The position numbers and the translations under genes were made by a program. Below the pieces are notes generated by a model that was not told the origin of the DNA, searched no databases, and was given only the letters and a program-made list of their open reading frames with translations. From positions 1 to 43,982 of the IMG/VR virus record IMGVR_UViG_3300009498_000011: a stretch of 43,982 nt of DNA; one strand, given 5' to 3'. This stretch comes from a virus (taxonomy: Duplodnaviria > Caudoviricetes). Below, piece after piece: positions 17,384 through 27,800 of this stretch (positions are counted from its first letter, which is position 1; every line of letters begins with the position of its first letter).

Positions 17384-18511
17384 ATGGAACAAAATACAAT
17401 CGAAGAGATTAGTGGAATGAAGGTCTTCAGTAATCCTGAGGACCTTGCTGCGTCTATGAACAGCACACCAGAACAACCAGCTGTACAGGCTGAAGAGCAA
17501 CCACAAGCTGAACAGGTAACAACTGAACAGCCTACGGTAGAGGAGACTCCAATGCAAGAAACTCCCGTACAGGAGATGCAGGCGGAGCAACCAACACAAG
17601 AGAATGAGGCTCAGCAGGATTTTGCCGAGCCATCATCTGATACAGATTATTCTGAAAGCGAGCTCGAAGAAGCCGTCATGGAGTTCATGAGTGAGCGCCT
17701 TGGCAGAGAAATTAGCTCGTTCGACGATTTTAACGTACAAGAAACTAACGCTATCGATGAAAGGGTCGAAGCCATCGCAAGGTTCGTAGAGGAAACGGGC
17801 CGTGCACCAGAAGACTGGTTTAGATTTCAGTCATTGAATCCAGAGAGTATGGACGACATGACAGCTATTCGCATTCAAATGTCGAATGAGTATCCTAACT
17901 TGTCTTATGATGAATTAAACCTTTTAGTTAATAGTAAGTACAAGATTGACGCAGACCTCCACTCGGAGGAGGAAGTCAGCCTTGCCAAGCTTCAAATGAA
18001 GATGGACGGGGATAAAGCTCGAATGAGCATCGAGGATATCCGCAGTGGATATGCCTCCCCAGAAACTGAAAGTGAAGCTTATGAGTCTGTGATTGACGAT
18101 CAGTGGATTGCAAACATGTCTCAGGAGGTAGATTCCATCGAAGGTCTAGAGTTTGACCTAGGGAATGAAAACACCCTTGAGTTCGGTTTGGACGACGATT
18201 ATAGAAATCAACTCAAAGACAAACAAACTCGTCTCGATGAGTTTTTCGATTCTTACGTTGGAGAAGACGGAAGCTGGGACTACGACACACTATCATCACA
18301 TTTAGCTGTCATTGACAACATTGACAGAATTGTAAAGTCCGCTTACACCAAAGGGTTGGGCGACGGACAGAGAACACTTGTGAATACCGCGTCGAACGTT
18401 TCTAGTCAGTCTCCTCAGACAGGGAGTCAAAATCAACAATCTGACCCTTTAGCCGCTCAGCTAAAAAACATTATGAGCGGTACTTCAGGTAAGATGACTT
18501 TTAACATCTAA
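17384..18511 (+). CDS. Acidic scaffolding-like capsid assembly protein
   Basis: 375 aa, E/D/Q-rich disordered N-terminus, helical, immediately upstream of the MCP. Function inferred. Confidence 0.62.
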   Translation: MEQNTIEEISGMKVFSNPEDLAASMNSTPEQPAVQAEEQPQAEQVTTEQPTVEETPMQETPVQEMQAEQPTQENEAQQDFAEPSSDTDYSESELEEAVMEFMSERLGREISSFDDFNVQETNAIDERVEAIARFVEETGRAPEDWFRFQSLNPESMDDMTAIRIQMSNEYPNLSYDELNLLVNSKYKIDADLHSEEEVSLAKLQMKMDGDKARMSIEDIRSGYASPETESEAYESVIDDQWIANMSQEVDSIEGLEFDLGNENTLEFGLDDDYRNQLKDKQTRLDEFFDSYVGEDGSWDYDTLSSHLAVIDNIDRIVKSAYTKGLGDGQRTLVNTASNVSSQSPQTGSQNQQSDPLAAQLKNIMSGTSGKMTFNI

Positions 18512-18524
18512 AAAATAGAAAATT

Positions 18525-19955
18525 ATGGCTACTACAAATGGAGCTACTACCGATATCGCAGGATACGGTATTAAAACAACACCAGATACATACGCGGCAT
18601 TGGGCGACATGCTCAACGCGGCTGCTGCTGGTGTAAACGAACTCGGTAAACCCGATGTAAGTGATATGTTGGTCGAAACATACGGCGATCAAGGTATTAC
18701 TGGATTTTTAAAATTGACTGGCGCTATTACCGCTGCTGGTTCCTCTGACCAGGTTGAATTTTATGAGGTCGGACGCCGACACAAAACTATTGCCTACACT
18801 AATGCCGCAAGCATCGTTTCTAACGCAGTAAATATCCCAGAGGCTAACCTAACACACACAACAGGTGGCTCTTCTGTCTCTACCCCAACTGGTAGCGTAT
18901 TAGAGGCAGGTGATGTCGTTATGGACTCTGTAACTGGGGTTAGATTGATCGTGAAGGATCACAACACAACTCAAGCAGGCGATTACACTTTGATTCGCCT
19001 TGACGGAGCAAACGCTGCTGGAACTGCTGAAGTAGACACTTCTAACGGCGGAACCTTTATTGTTTTGGGTAACATGTACGCTCAAGGCAGCAACCAGCCT
19101 ACTACCTTTAATCAACCAGAGGTAATCAGAAGAATTAATTCTTACGCTATCGTGAAGGACCGATTTGAAGTTGCTGGTTCTCAAGCAACTAACGTTGGTT
19201 ATGTAGATATCGGAAACGGTGATTACAGATGGTTCATGTATGGTGAGCAAGAAGCTCGTAAGCGATTTATGGACAAGCGTGAGATGACATTGCTCTTCGG
19301 TCACTTGAACGACGGCACAAATGATGCTGGAATTGCTGGATCTGACGGATACCTTACTTCACTTGAAGAAAGAGGAATTAACGTAAGCAACGCTAACGCT
19401 AACCCACTCGATTCATTTGCTGAATTCGATGACATTATCTTGGAACTCGACAGACAAGGGGCTCCTTCTGAGTACGCTATGTACCTGAACAGAAAGCAAG
19501 ACTTGGCGATTGACGACATGTTGGCGTCAGGTATCTCTACTGGCGTTACTGCTGGTTTGGCTGGTCAGTTCGGTGCGTTTAACAACGACGCTGACATGGC
19601 TGTAAAGCTTGGCTTTAAGTCGTTTACTCGTGGTGGGTATACATTCCACAAGCACGACTGGAAGCTGTTGAACGATCCTACTTTGTTGGGTGCTTCTAAC
19701 AAGTTCCAAGGTGTTATGTGTCCATTGTCTCAGGTTGCTGACGCACGTTCTGGCATGAAGTCTCCAGCTTTGGAGATGAAGTACAAAGCGGCAAACGGCT
19801 ACTCTCGTGAGATGGAGCACTGGGTAACTGGTGGTGGTGTATTGGGTCACACAAACAACGGTGATACTGGTGCGGACGTAGCTACGTTCCACTACCGCTC
19901 TGAGGTTGCTTTGTTGACTCGTGCTGCTAATCAACACGTTCTCATCAAGGGTTAA
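18525..19955 (+). CDS. Major capsid protein (crAss-like HK97 fold)
   Basis: 476 aa, IVKDRFEVAGSQAT, RFMDKREMTLLFG, LGFKSFTRGGYTF, FHYRSE. Strong T-ending codon bias, position. Confidence 0.85.
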   Translation: MATTNGATTDIAGYGIKTTPDTYAALGDMLNAAAAGVNELGKPDVSDMLVETYGDQGITGFLKLTGAITAAGSSDQVEFYEVGRRHKTIAYTNAASIVSNAVNIPEANLTHTTGGSSVSTPTGSVLEAGDVVMDSVTGVRLIVKDHNTTQAGDYTLIRLDGANAAGTAEVDTSNGGTFIVLGNMYAQGSNQPTTFNQPEVIRRINSYAIVKDRFEVAGSQATNVGYVDIGNGDYRWFMYGEQEARKRFMDKREMTLLFGHLNDGTNDAGIAGSDGYLTSLEERGINVSNANANPLDSFAEFDDIILELDRQGAPSEYAMYLNRKQDLAIDDMLASGISTGVTAGLAGQFGAFNNDADMAVKLGFKSFTRGGYTFHKHDWKLLNDPTLLGASNKFQGVMCPLSQVADARSGMKSPALEMKYKAANGYSREMEHWVTGGGVLGHTNNGDTGADVATFHYRSEVALLTRAANQHVLIKG

Positions 19956-19983
19956 TTGTTTAATTTTTAAATATTTAGAAACT

Positions 19984-20268
19984 ATGATGAAATTTGTAAA
20001 AGGAGACAGCTGGTACTTTCCAGTAGACAACATTCTCGCACTAGACACAAAGAGCGACGCGGATAACGTCAAAATCCATCTTAACGATGAAGACGGAACC
20101 GCGACTGATGCAACTCTAACAGCTTCTGGAACAAACTCCGCAGCCGAGGGTTCAGCTTACGCTGAAGCTTTGATTGAGGAGATCAACTTTGGTAAAAAAT
20201 CCATCATTGATCTTACTGGGGTTTACCAAGAGGCAGACGGGACCGCATTTTCTGTCGCTAAGGCGTAA
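19984..20268 (+). CDS. Small acidic capsid-associated protein
   Basis: Start reassigned to ATG 19984/19987 after an AT-rich spacer; directly follows the MCP. Confidence 0.68.
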   Translation: MMKFVKGDSWYFPVDNILALDTKSDADNVKIHLNDEDGTATDATLTASGTNSAAEGSAYAEALIEEINFGKKSIIDLTGVYQEADGTAFSVAKA

Positions 20269-20276
20269 TTAAAATA

Positions 20277-20314
20277 GCTGCATCGAGGGGGGCGAAAGCT
20301 CCCCTCGGTATAGC
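20277..20314 (+). other. 17-bp GC-rich RNA hairpin with GAAA tetraloop and no U-tract
   Basis: GCTGCATCGAGGGGGGC-GAAA-GCTCCCCTCGGTATAGC (one mismatch, three G-U pairs). Confidence 0.75.
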
Positions 20315-20328
20315 CTAAACACAACATC

Positions 20329-20952
20329 ATGATTAATACTTTTAGATCAGACAGCGGATTAAGCTTAACTACCGATAATATTTTTCAAATTATTAGTAAT
20401 AGAATAAGAGCCATTCAAGCCGATGAAACAAATGATGAGGTTGTGATTTTCCTAGAAGAAAAAGATAACTCTCTTACCACAAACAGTGGGACCTCAGAGA
20501 GGATCTTTTTAAAGGTTTCCGATGGCAATGCAGCAAATGTGGCTGAGTCTATCATCAATGCTTTAAACGGCTTGCCAATCAACTCTCAGTTGCTTGACAA
20601 GTTTGCTAATAAAGGCACTTTGGCAGAGAACGTTATGGGTGTGGAAATACCTACATTCACCTTTGCTTCAACTGCTGTTAGCATTGCCGCTCCTGTTGGA
20701 CCTACATTAGCAAGCGCTACTGTGGGGGCTAACTTCACTTACACCATTACTAAAGACGCTGACGACACTGTATCTTTAACTAAAACAGGTGTAATTGCAG
20801 CCGCTGATGATGCTTTGACGTTTACAGCTGCTGAGATGACAACTGAAGGATTCGCTGCTACAGACGTATGTACTGTAACGGTGTCTCTTTCTGTTCCCGC
20901 TCAACCGAGTTCGATTACTACGGTTACGGCTGCGGCAACTCTTACCGCTTAA
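20329..20952 (+). CDS. Putative capsid decoration/head-fibre protein
   Basis: 207 aa. N-domain resembles 19984..20268; T/A-rich Ig-like C-domain. Confidence 0.62.
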   Translation: MINTFRSDSGLSLTTDNIFQIISNRIRAIQADETNDEVVIFLEEKDNSLTTNSGTSERIFLKVSDGNAANVAESIINALNGLPINSQLLDKFANKGTLAENVMGVEIPTFTFASTAVSIAAPVGPTLASATVGANFTYTITKDADDTVSLTKTGVIAAADDALTFTAAEMTTEGFAATDVCTVTVSLSVPAQPSSITTVTAAATLTA

Positions 20953-20980
20953 AGGATAATCACAAGACTACAAGGAAACT

Positions 20981-21005
20981 GGCCCTACGGGGCCTTTTTC
21001 TTTTT
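20981..21005 (+). terminator. Rho-independent terminator
   Basis: GGCCC-TACG-GGGCC followed by TTTTTCTTTTT. Confidence 0.85.
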
Positions 21006-21008
21006 ACC

Positions 21009-21016
21009 TATATTTG
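21009..21016 (+). promoter_or_regulatory. -7 box TATATTTG
   Basis: Immediately after the terminator, 21 nt before ATG 21038. Confidence 0.72.
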
Positions 21017-21037
21017 CAGTAATTAATTTAATTCAAT

Positions 21038-21868
21038 ATGAATACCCCAACTAAAAAGGCTCCTGGACGGCCTAAAAAAGTCCAGCCCGATGCTCCAGTA
21101 GCTTCTCCTGCCCCAGCCAAAAAGAAGCCCTCTATCAAAAGAAAAGAGCAGGTAAACCTCAACAAGGAGTTTGAGATTCCTAAGAATGGAGGCGTTGTAT
21201 TTTTACTCCCTCAAAAAGGAGTAACCGTTTACGACAACGACAAGGACACAGTTAGAGAGATTCGATACTGCCCCAACGAGCCTTCTATCTATATAGATGA
21301 GCAAAGCCAAAACGCTCGTCGAGAGGCTATCACCTTTCGTGAAGGCAGGATCTTTGTACCTAAAGACAAACCTAATTTGCGTCTTTTCTTAGAAGCTCAC
21401 CCGCTCAACATGGCAAACGGAGGGCAGCTTTTTAAAGAGGTAAACAAGAAGGTAGAGGCTGAACAAGAGTTGAAGAAAGAGTTCTTGCAAAACGAAGCCA
21501 TTATGATGGTTCGAGAAAAAAGCATCGAAGAGCTTCTCCCTGTGGCCATTTACTTTAACGTGAATATTGATCAACCAACATCTGAGATTAGGTTTAATCT
21601 GCTTCAGATTGCCAAGAAGAAGCCATCTGAGTTTATGGAGGCTTTTGATTCGCCTCAGGTTCAGGTGAGATCTACCGTAAAGCAAGCCGCTGACTATCAA
21701 ATACTTAACGTTAAAAAAGACGGTGTTTACTGGTTTGACTCCAATGGACTGGTTGTATCTGTACCTGTAGGTCAAGATCCATTAGACGTAATGGTTAGGT
21801 TCTGTCTAACGGAGAAAGGGTCTTCCGTTCTATCCTCCCTTGAAGAGAAGCTTGAACGCTTAGCATAA
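21038..21868 (+). CDS. Conserved crAss-like structural-block protein downstream of the MCP
   Basis: REIRYCPNEPSIYIDEQ, ITFREGRIFVPKDKPNL..FL..HP; K/P-rich N-terminal arm. Confidence 0.7.
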   Translation: MNTPTKKAPGRPKKVQPDAPVASPAPAKKKPSIKRKEQVNLNKEFEIPKNGGVVFLLPQKGVTVYDNDKDTVREIRYCPNEPSIYIDEQSQNARREAITFREGRIFVPKDKPNLRLFLEAHPLNMANGGQLFKEVNKKVEAEQELKKEFLQNEAIMMVREKSIEELLPVAIYFNVNIDQPTSEIRFNLLQIAKKKPSEFMEAFDSPQVQVRSTVKQAADYQILNVKKDGVYWFDSNGLVVSVPVGQDPLDVMVRFCLTEKGSSVLSSLEEKLERLA

Positions 21869-21871
21869 AAG

Positions 21872-21902
21872 AAAGGTCACCTTCGGGTGGCTTTTTTGTT
21901 TT
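21872..21902 (+). terminator. Rho-independent terminator
   Basis: AAAGGTCACC-TTCG-GGTGGCTTTTTTGTTTT (cUUCGg loop). Confidence 0.88.
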
Positions 21903-21903
21903 G

Positions 21904-21911
21904 TATATTTG
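21904..21911 (+). promoter_or_regulatory. -7 box TATATTTG
   Basis: 4 nt before ATG 21916. Confidence 0.72.
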
Positions 21912-21915
21912 TTTC

Positions 21916-23235
21916 ATGGACAGAAAATTCTTCTTTTTCCGTAGAGAGCTAGAGTCAGAGACTAGCTCTTCGTTTTCAGATACTGGTGTCGGTCTGAGCA
22001 CGATTGCAATACCCTCTGAAAATCTGACCTTTATAACGGCAGCAAAAAAAAAGGTTATGTTCACCTTTAGGGATTGTAATGGTTTTGACGAAACCAACTT
22101 AATCGAAGGTGAGTCGGTACCCAAGGCAAACATAACAGTCTCTTGTAAGGATGGCGAAGAAGCAAACCTGATCGAAGCGGTTATAAACTTCATGTCTAGA
22201 GACACCTCTAAGAACATCATGAGGTTTGACGTGGTAAACAAAGAGTCGACGTTTAAAGAAGCTGTTATGGACAAACTTAATGACGTTACATCTGTGATTC
22301 CTGCAACGCCTATTAATACCGCCACGAAGTCTTTATCTAGGGGGGATTCCACGCATGAGACGGCTAACACAATTGACGGCATTTACTACAACGAGTCTAA
22401 GCCGATTATTGATATAACGCATGAAGGGTTGAGTTCATTTTCACAGGGGGACGCAGTGAGCCCCACCTGGGTGAATAGTGGTACAGGCGGCACTAGCTAT
22501 AACTTAAGCGGGCTTAATGGGTCACCTATCGTAATCGATCCAGATGATTCGTCTGGTGAGCAAAGCATGTTTAAAAAGGGTGCAACTCTTGGCTCTACGG
22601 ACTCATATAGGGTTGGCTCAGCAGGGGTCACCGTTTCTGGAGACTACACCATCTTTGCGGCCTTTAACACAAACGGTATAGCATCTAGCGCTACGTATGG
22701 AATTGGAGCTATTTACGGCTCTTCTGATGGAGAATCATTTGGGTTTGGGGCTAGACCACTTCAAGACGGTGTGATTAGCTCCACTAACAACGACTTTAAG
22801 ACTAGCAGAAACACCTTTGCTGTAAGGCATGATGGGATTACTGGGTACGCGGCGTTCACAGAAACAAACTCTACAGCAGACGGTACAAAGTACTTTGAAA
22901 TACCCGACTCAGACACATCTTCGATAAACTACAACCCAAACAATGTGTTTATCATCAGGAGAGACTCAAGCTTCAACATGTACCTACACAACAGAGATGG
23001 AGACATTATAGCTAGGATACCAGCAAAGACTCCTGCCCTTGATCCTAGCCTTACTGCTTCTTCTCCAGGCAGGACTGACGGAGATCTGGTTATAAACTCT
23101 CTGGGAGAGTCAAACAGTCAAATTACATCTGGAAAGGTATTCCTCAACAGGTTTGGTGTAATTACCAGAGACGTGGGTGCTAACGAGGCCGCAAACATCG
23201 CCCGCCAGCTGGCCGACCTATACGGCAGAAAATAA
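21916..23235 (+). CDS. Putative head-fibre/decoration protein with C-terminal LamG/ConA-like domain
   Basis: Start at ATG 21916. N-domain like the two post-MCP proteins; C-domain with W.NSG.GG, GDYTIFAAF, VFIIRRD. Confidence 0.62.
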   Translation: MDRKFFFFRRELESETSSSFSDTGVGLSTIAIPSENLTFITAAKKKVMFTFRDCNGFDETNLIEGESVPKANITVSCKDGEEANLIEAVINFMSRDTSKNIMRFDVVNKESTFKEAVMDKLNDVTSVIPATPINTATKSLSRGDSTHETANTIDGIYYNESKPIIDITHEGLSSFSQGDAVSPTWVNSGTGGTSYNLSGLNGSPIVIDPDDSSGEQSMFKKGATLGSTDSYRVGSAGVTVSGDYTIFAAFNTNGIASSATYGIGAIYGSSDGESFGFGARPLQDGVISSTNNDFKTSRNTFAVRHDGITGYAAFTETNSTADGTKYFEIPDSDTSSINYNPNNVFIIRRDSSFNMYLHNRDGDIIARIPAKTPALDPSLTASSPGRTDGDLVINSLGESNSQITSGKVFLNRFGVITRDVGANEAANIARQLADLYGRK

Positions 23236-23253
23236 CAGCCTATTTCTTTTTCG

Positions 23254-23261
23254 TATATTTG
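23254..23261 (+). promoter_or_regulatory. -7 box TATATTTG for the tail genes
   Basis: 4 nt before ATG 23266. Confidence 0.72.
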
Positions 23262-23265
23262 CTCT

Positions 23266-24057
23266 ATGGTTGACATAGTTCAAGTATACAACGCCGTAAA
23301 GGATATCGCCAACAAGGAGCAGAAGGGGTTCATCACCCCGCAGGTGTTTAATTCGTTTGCACCTATAGCTCAGATGAATATCTATAACGAGATGTTCAAA
23401 GAGCTTATTGATGCTAAGCGTCTCAGCCGTCAAAACTTCGATCCAGGAAGAGATAAGTCGCCTCGAAAGATGGCCTTGGAGGACTTGTCTTTCTACGTCA
23501 AAACCGTTGATGTGGGGCAGACCGACGGCGGAGACAATTTTCTGTCTTTTGTTGGGTCAAACAGATTTCAGAAGCCATTAGATCTTTCTAGAATTATATC
23601 CATATCCGTTGATTCCGATTTCACTGTAGACGCAGACGGAGACAACAACTTAAATGTGGTTAACTGCGAAATCGTTTACGATGTAGAAAAAATGGACAAA
23701 ATACTTCTAAGTAACTTGTCCGCTCCTACAGCTAGTTTTCCTGTTGCTTTAGTTACGCAAGGCGATATAGAATTGTTTCCCGCAGACTCAATTCAAAGCG
23801 TTCAAATGAGGTACTACGCCAAGCCTACTTCTTTTAACGCTGACGGATCGGTAAGCACTCAGCCTCCTTATTTCGATTACAGCGAAGCTTCTTTTGGTGG
23901 GACTACGATCGAGCTTCCAGGCGACGCATCCAGAAACTTTATGTTGCCGCCTCACTACCTTAACGAAGTCGCTTCTGAGATCTTGAAGTTAATAGGCGTT
24001 AGACTGAGAGACACAGCTGTGTCGGTTTATTCAACACAAGAAGAAGCATCTGAATAA
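23266..24057 (+). CDS. Tail ring/adaptor protein (crAss-like)
   Basis: VYNAV..IANKEQKGFITPQVFN.FA..AQ, YYAKP, ILKLIGV; position. Confidence 0.72.
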   Translation: MVDIVQVYNAVKDIANKEQKGFITPQVFNSFAPIAQMNIYNEMFKELIDAKRLSRQNFDPGRDKSPRKMALEDLSFYVKTVDVGQTDGGDNFLSFVGSNRFQKPLDLSRIISISVDSDFTVDADGDNNLNVVNCEIVYDVEKMDKILLSNLSAPTASFPVALVTQGDIELFPADSIQSVQMRYYAKPTSFNADGSVSTQPPYFDYSEASFGGTTIELPGDASRNFMLPPHYLNEVASEILKLIGVRLRDTAVSVYSTQEEASE

Positions 24058-24887
24058 TGGCATTTGATAAAGTACAACTTTCGCAAATAATTAAGGACTT
24101 CATTCTCACTTTGGATGGGGACGATTATGCCGCTAATGTTTCTGATTTTGCTATCCGAAACTTTGCGCTTCGTGGTATCAGAGAGATAGGTTTTGATTTG
24201 GGAAAGAAGATAAAGTCTCTGAAGAGAACGATTAATGACAACGACACTATTGACCTCCCTGAAGACTATGTGGATTTGGTCAAAATAGGGGTGGTTGACG
24301 AAGACGGTATTATCAGGGTTTTTGGTCAAAACAAAAACATCAACTACTCAGAAAAGTACAAGGCAGACAGTACTACAGATGTTTCGGCTGCTGGTCCTTT
24401 GGACATTGCCGCAAACATAGTTACAAACACGGAGCCGAGCAAAACTGCTACGGGAGACACCGTTTCTTCTAATGATGAGGGTCTAGATTACTACGTGTTT
24501 GAAAACTACCTATACCAAGGCGGTGCTGGAAGGTTGTATGGGGCTGGCGGCGGGCGCCTAGCTGGAGGATATAGAGTAAACCTCGACCAAAACAGAATAG
24601 AAATAGAGACAAACAACAATTACTCCGAAGTTGTTATGGAGTACATTGCTGACGAAGCTAGGTCTACGGACCCAGAGGTGCATGTGTATGCAGAGGAAGC
24701 CTTGAGATCGTATATGTACTATAAAATTATCGAGCGTAAGTCTTCTGTTCCAGCCTCCGAAAAATCAAGAGCTAGGTCCGAATACTATAACGAAAGAAGA
24801 AAGGCAAACGCTAGGCTCAGCAACTTCACTAAGGAGGAAGCTCTTAAGACTGTACGTAAGAACTTTATGCAAGCGCCTAAGTACTAA
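24057..24887 (+). CDS. Second tail ring/tubular protein
   Basis: ALRGIREIGFD, LPEDYV..VKI, VVMEYIAD, VH.YAEEALRSY, YYNERRKA..RLS. Confidence 0.72.
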   Translation: MAFDKVQLSQIIKDFILTLDGDDYAANVSDFAIRNFALRGIREIGFDLGKKIKSLKRTINDNDTIDLPEDYVDLVKIGVVDEDGIIRVFGQNKNINYSEKYKADSTTDVSAAGPLDIAANIVTNTEPSKTATGDTVSSNDEGLDYYVFENYLYQGGAGRLYGAGGGRLAGGYRVNLDQNRIEIETNNNYSEVVMEYIADEARSTDPEVHVYAEEALRSYMYYKIIERKSSVPASEKSRARSEYYNERRKANARLSNFTKEEALKTVRKNFMQAPKY

Positions 24888-27800
24888 TGCCTATAAATAA
24901 AATAACCCCCAGGCAACTCAGTCCAGACACCGACAGCAAATTGGTGTCTAGCACTCTGTTTTTAGATGCGTTAAACATTCACGCTGGTGATCATGAGCAA
25001 GGCAACGAAGGCGTTTTAAAAAATATAAAAGGAAACAGTTTAATTTCTTCATACGTCGACCCCACTGATTCCGCCGACGTCACCGAAGCGCTTCCAGACG
25101 ACGCAAGACTTATAGGAAAGGTGGAGGACACCAGGACTGGAATAGTATATCTCTTTGTGTTTAGTGAAACAGCTCCAAATCAAGGGATTTGGGGGTATGA
25201 CCCCTACAATAAACTTGAGGGTTCAGCAGAAGGGGGAAACCTAAGGTTAATTTACAAAAGTGCTCAATTCGGATTTAAGCCAAATGGCTTCGTAAAAGCC
25301 AACATTGTTTATACAAATGCCTCTAGAACGTTTTCTTCACTCGGAGAGGAGTTCGAAAAAGACGCCATTATATATTTTACCGACGGTGTAAACGAACCAA
25401 GAAAGATAAACGCTTACAGGGCTTTTAACGCTAAGAGTCTTATTCATGGGGGCGGTAACCCCAAAGCTGAAGCAGACTTCATTTGTGCATGCCCTAAGAC
25501 GCCGTTAAAACCTATCACATTTTTGTTTGAGGCGGATACAGAGAGGCTCACAAATAACTTTATAGGAACGCAAGGGTTTCAGTTTGCCTATCAGCACATT
25601 TACGTAGACGGAATGGAAACCGCCGTGTCTCCATATTCTGATATCGCCTTCCCTCCATCCGTCTTGGAGCAAGGGGCATCTACATATGTAGACCATAACG
25701 AATACAATACGTGTAGGCTCATCATACCCCCCTCTGGGCCTGAGGTGTCGGATGTTCGCATTCTTTGCAGGCAAGGCAACACGGGTAGCTTTCAGGTGGT
25801 AGAGCAAATTCAAGCCCAGTCCACTACAATAGAGTACCTTTTTTACAACGATAGATTACTTACTGGGTTTAGCGACAGAGAGATAAACAAACAGTTTGAT
25901 GGAGTTCCAAGAAGAGCTACAGCTCAGACAGTCAGTTCGAATAGGCTGTTTTATGGCAACTACCTGGACGGGTACGATGACGAGCGCATCACTGATGCGG
26001 TGGTGGAGGTAAAATACCACGAAAGAAAAGAAGACTTTAAGTCTTTCAACGTAAAGCTTCAGCCTAGTATAGCTCCTAACGGAGCTGGTAAAACAGCTGC
26101 TTTTGTTGTTGATTGCTCTCAACTTCAGGATGAAATTTCAGAAGGTACAATTATCGACATAAAGATTGTTCTGAGTCCAGACAGAAACTGGCATGTTTAC
26201 AACTTTGATTCTTCTGGTTCGTCTTATCATCAGTCTACACAGGTAGGACCTCAAGACCAGGAGTCTGTAAATACTGTATACAACGGAGCTAACAGTCTAG
26301 ACTTTTTTCAACAAACGCAAGCTGAGGCAGGAGCTGGGTTTCTATATCCTAATTTTCCTGTTTTTGGGAGCGGGACTGGCCTTGCGGACGGTATTAGCTG
26401 GAAAGAGCAAACGGAAGGAGCAACTTTTTCGGATGTTAATTATGGCACCAGTGCGGGTAATCCACTGATAATTCAGGGCGGTGGGGTCACATTTAGCGCC
26501 AAGCTTGAAGTAGGTCTCCCAGGCGGTATCACCAACGGAAGGACTGCTATTGCTTCAGCGATAAAAGTAGTCTTTGGTTATGAGGATACAGGTAACGTTT
26601 CTCAGGGGAATCCTGAGGTTTTCCAGACGCTGAGGCAACTCGCTTTAGGTAACCTAGGGTTTACCGAAATTGAATCCGTCTACGAGCCAGAGTACAGCTT
26701 TAACGTAGGCTTGACTGATGGAGAGATCATAACGCAAGGCGTGGCGCTTCAGGATGATCCCAGCCCAGATAAATCAAGGTTGATTTCGCTTGTCCGCAAG
26801 CACGATTCTTCAGCTACACCACTTGGAGCCTTTATTTTAAATAAAGGAACCATTAAAATGAAGGCGTTTGTGGCGGATGAATCCTACATATACGACAATC
26901 CCTTGAAAGCGCATATAGGTTTTGCAGTTAATAGCTTAACTGAGCCTGAGTTTTTTACCTGCATTCACGAAACCCCACCCACTACTTCTAGTGGTGCAAC
27001 CAATTCCCCCGCTGCTTTAAGCTGGGTCGCTATAAAGCAAGACACGATAAGTCTCCCAGAATTCGATATAGACGAATTCTTAAGTAATAAAGGATACTCG
27101 TTTCCGAATGGATTTGATAATCAAAACGTTGGATTTGAAGGCGCTTCTGGAACTTCTAACTACATAAATCAAATCGGGTACTTTCAATGGATTGCCGAGG
27201 AGGACTTTTTTCTTGAGAGTGACAATCAATGCCTTATGGATGGAGAAGGAGGACCAGGTGGATCTGCCGCAAGGGGCGGAGCTGGCTCTACAAACCCTTA
27301 CGACGTGGGTTATCTTTACAATCATGGGTCTGTCACTGTAAACTTCACAGAGGTTGTTGACGGAAATTATAATTACAGCCACACAGCATTCTTTGGGGGC
27401 ACTATAGCTTTATTTCCAACTTTTGACATCCTAAATGATATTCTATCGCAACTGCCTCTGATCAACATTATGACCACCTTTGAAGCAGATGGCATATACC
27501 CTTCTCCTGAGCCAGACTCCCAGGATGCAGACCTTATTAGCACTAACAGCCCAAACTTTAAGCGTCTACACCCTTACGTTGAAGTTATAGCTGGGTTTGC
27601 TTCAATTCAACCTGAAGGAGGGGGTAACTACAGATCTTTTAAAACTAACGCTACCCACGACTTCGGGGTTGTGTATTACGACCAAAGAGGTAGGCACGGG
27701 TTCGTAAACCCCCTTCCGTCCGCGTATGTAAAAGGCTATGGAGATAGACCCGCAGGAAGCGAAGGGAGGGCAGAAGTAGAAATAAAGCTCAACAATGAGC

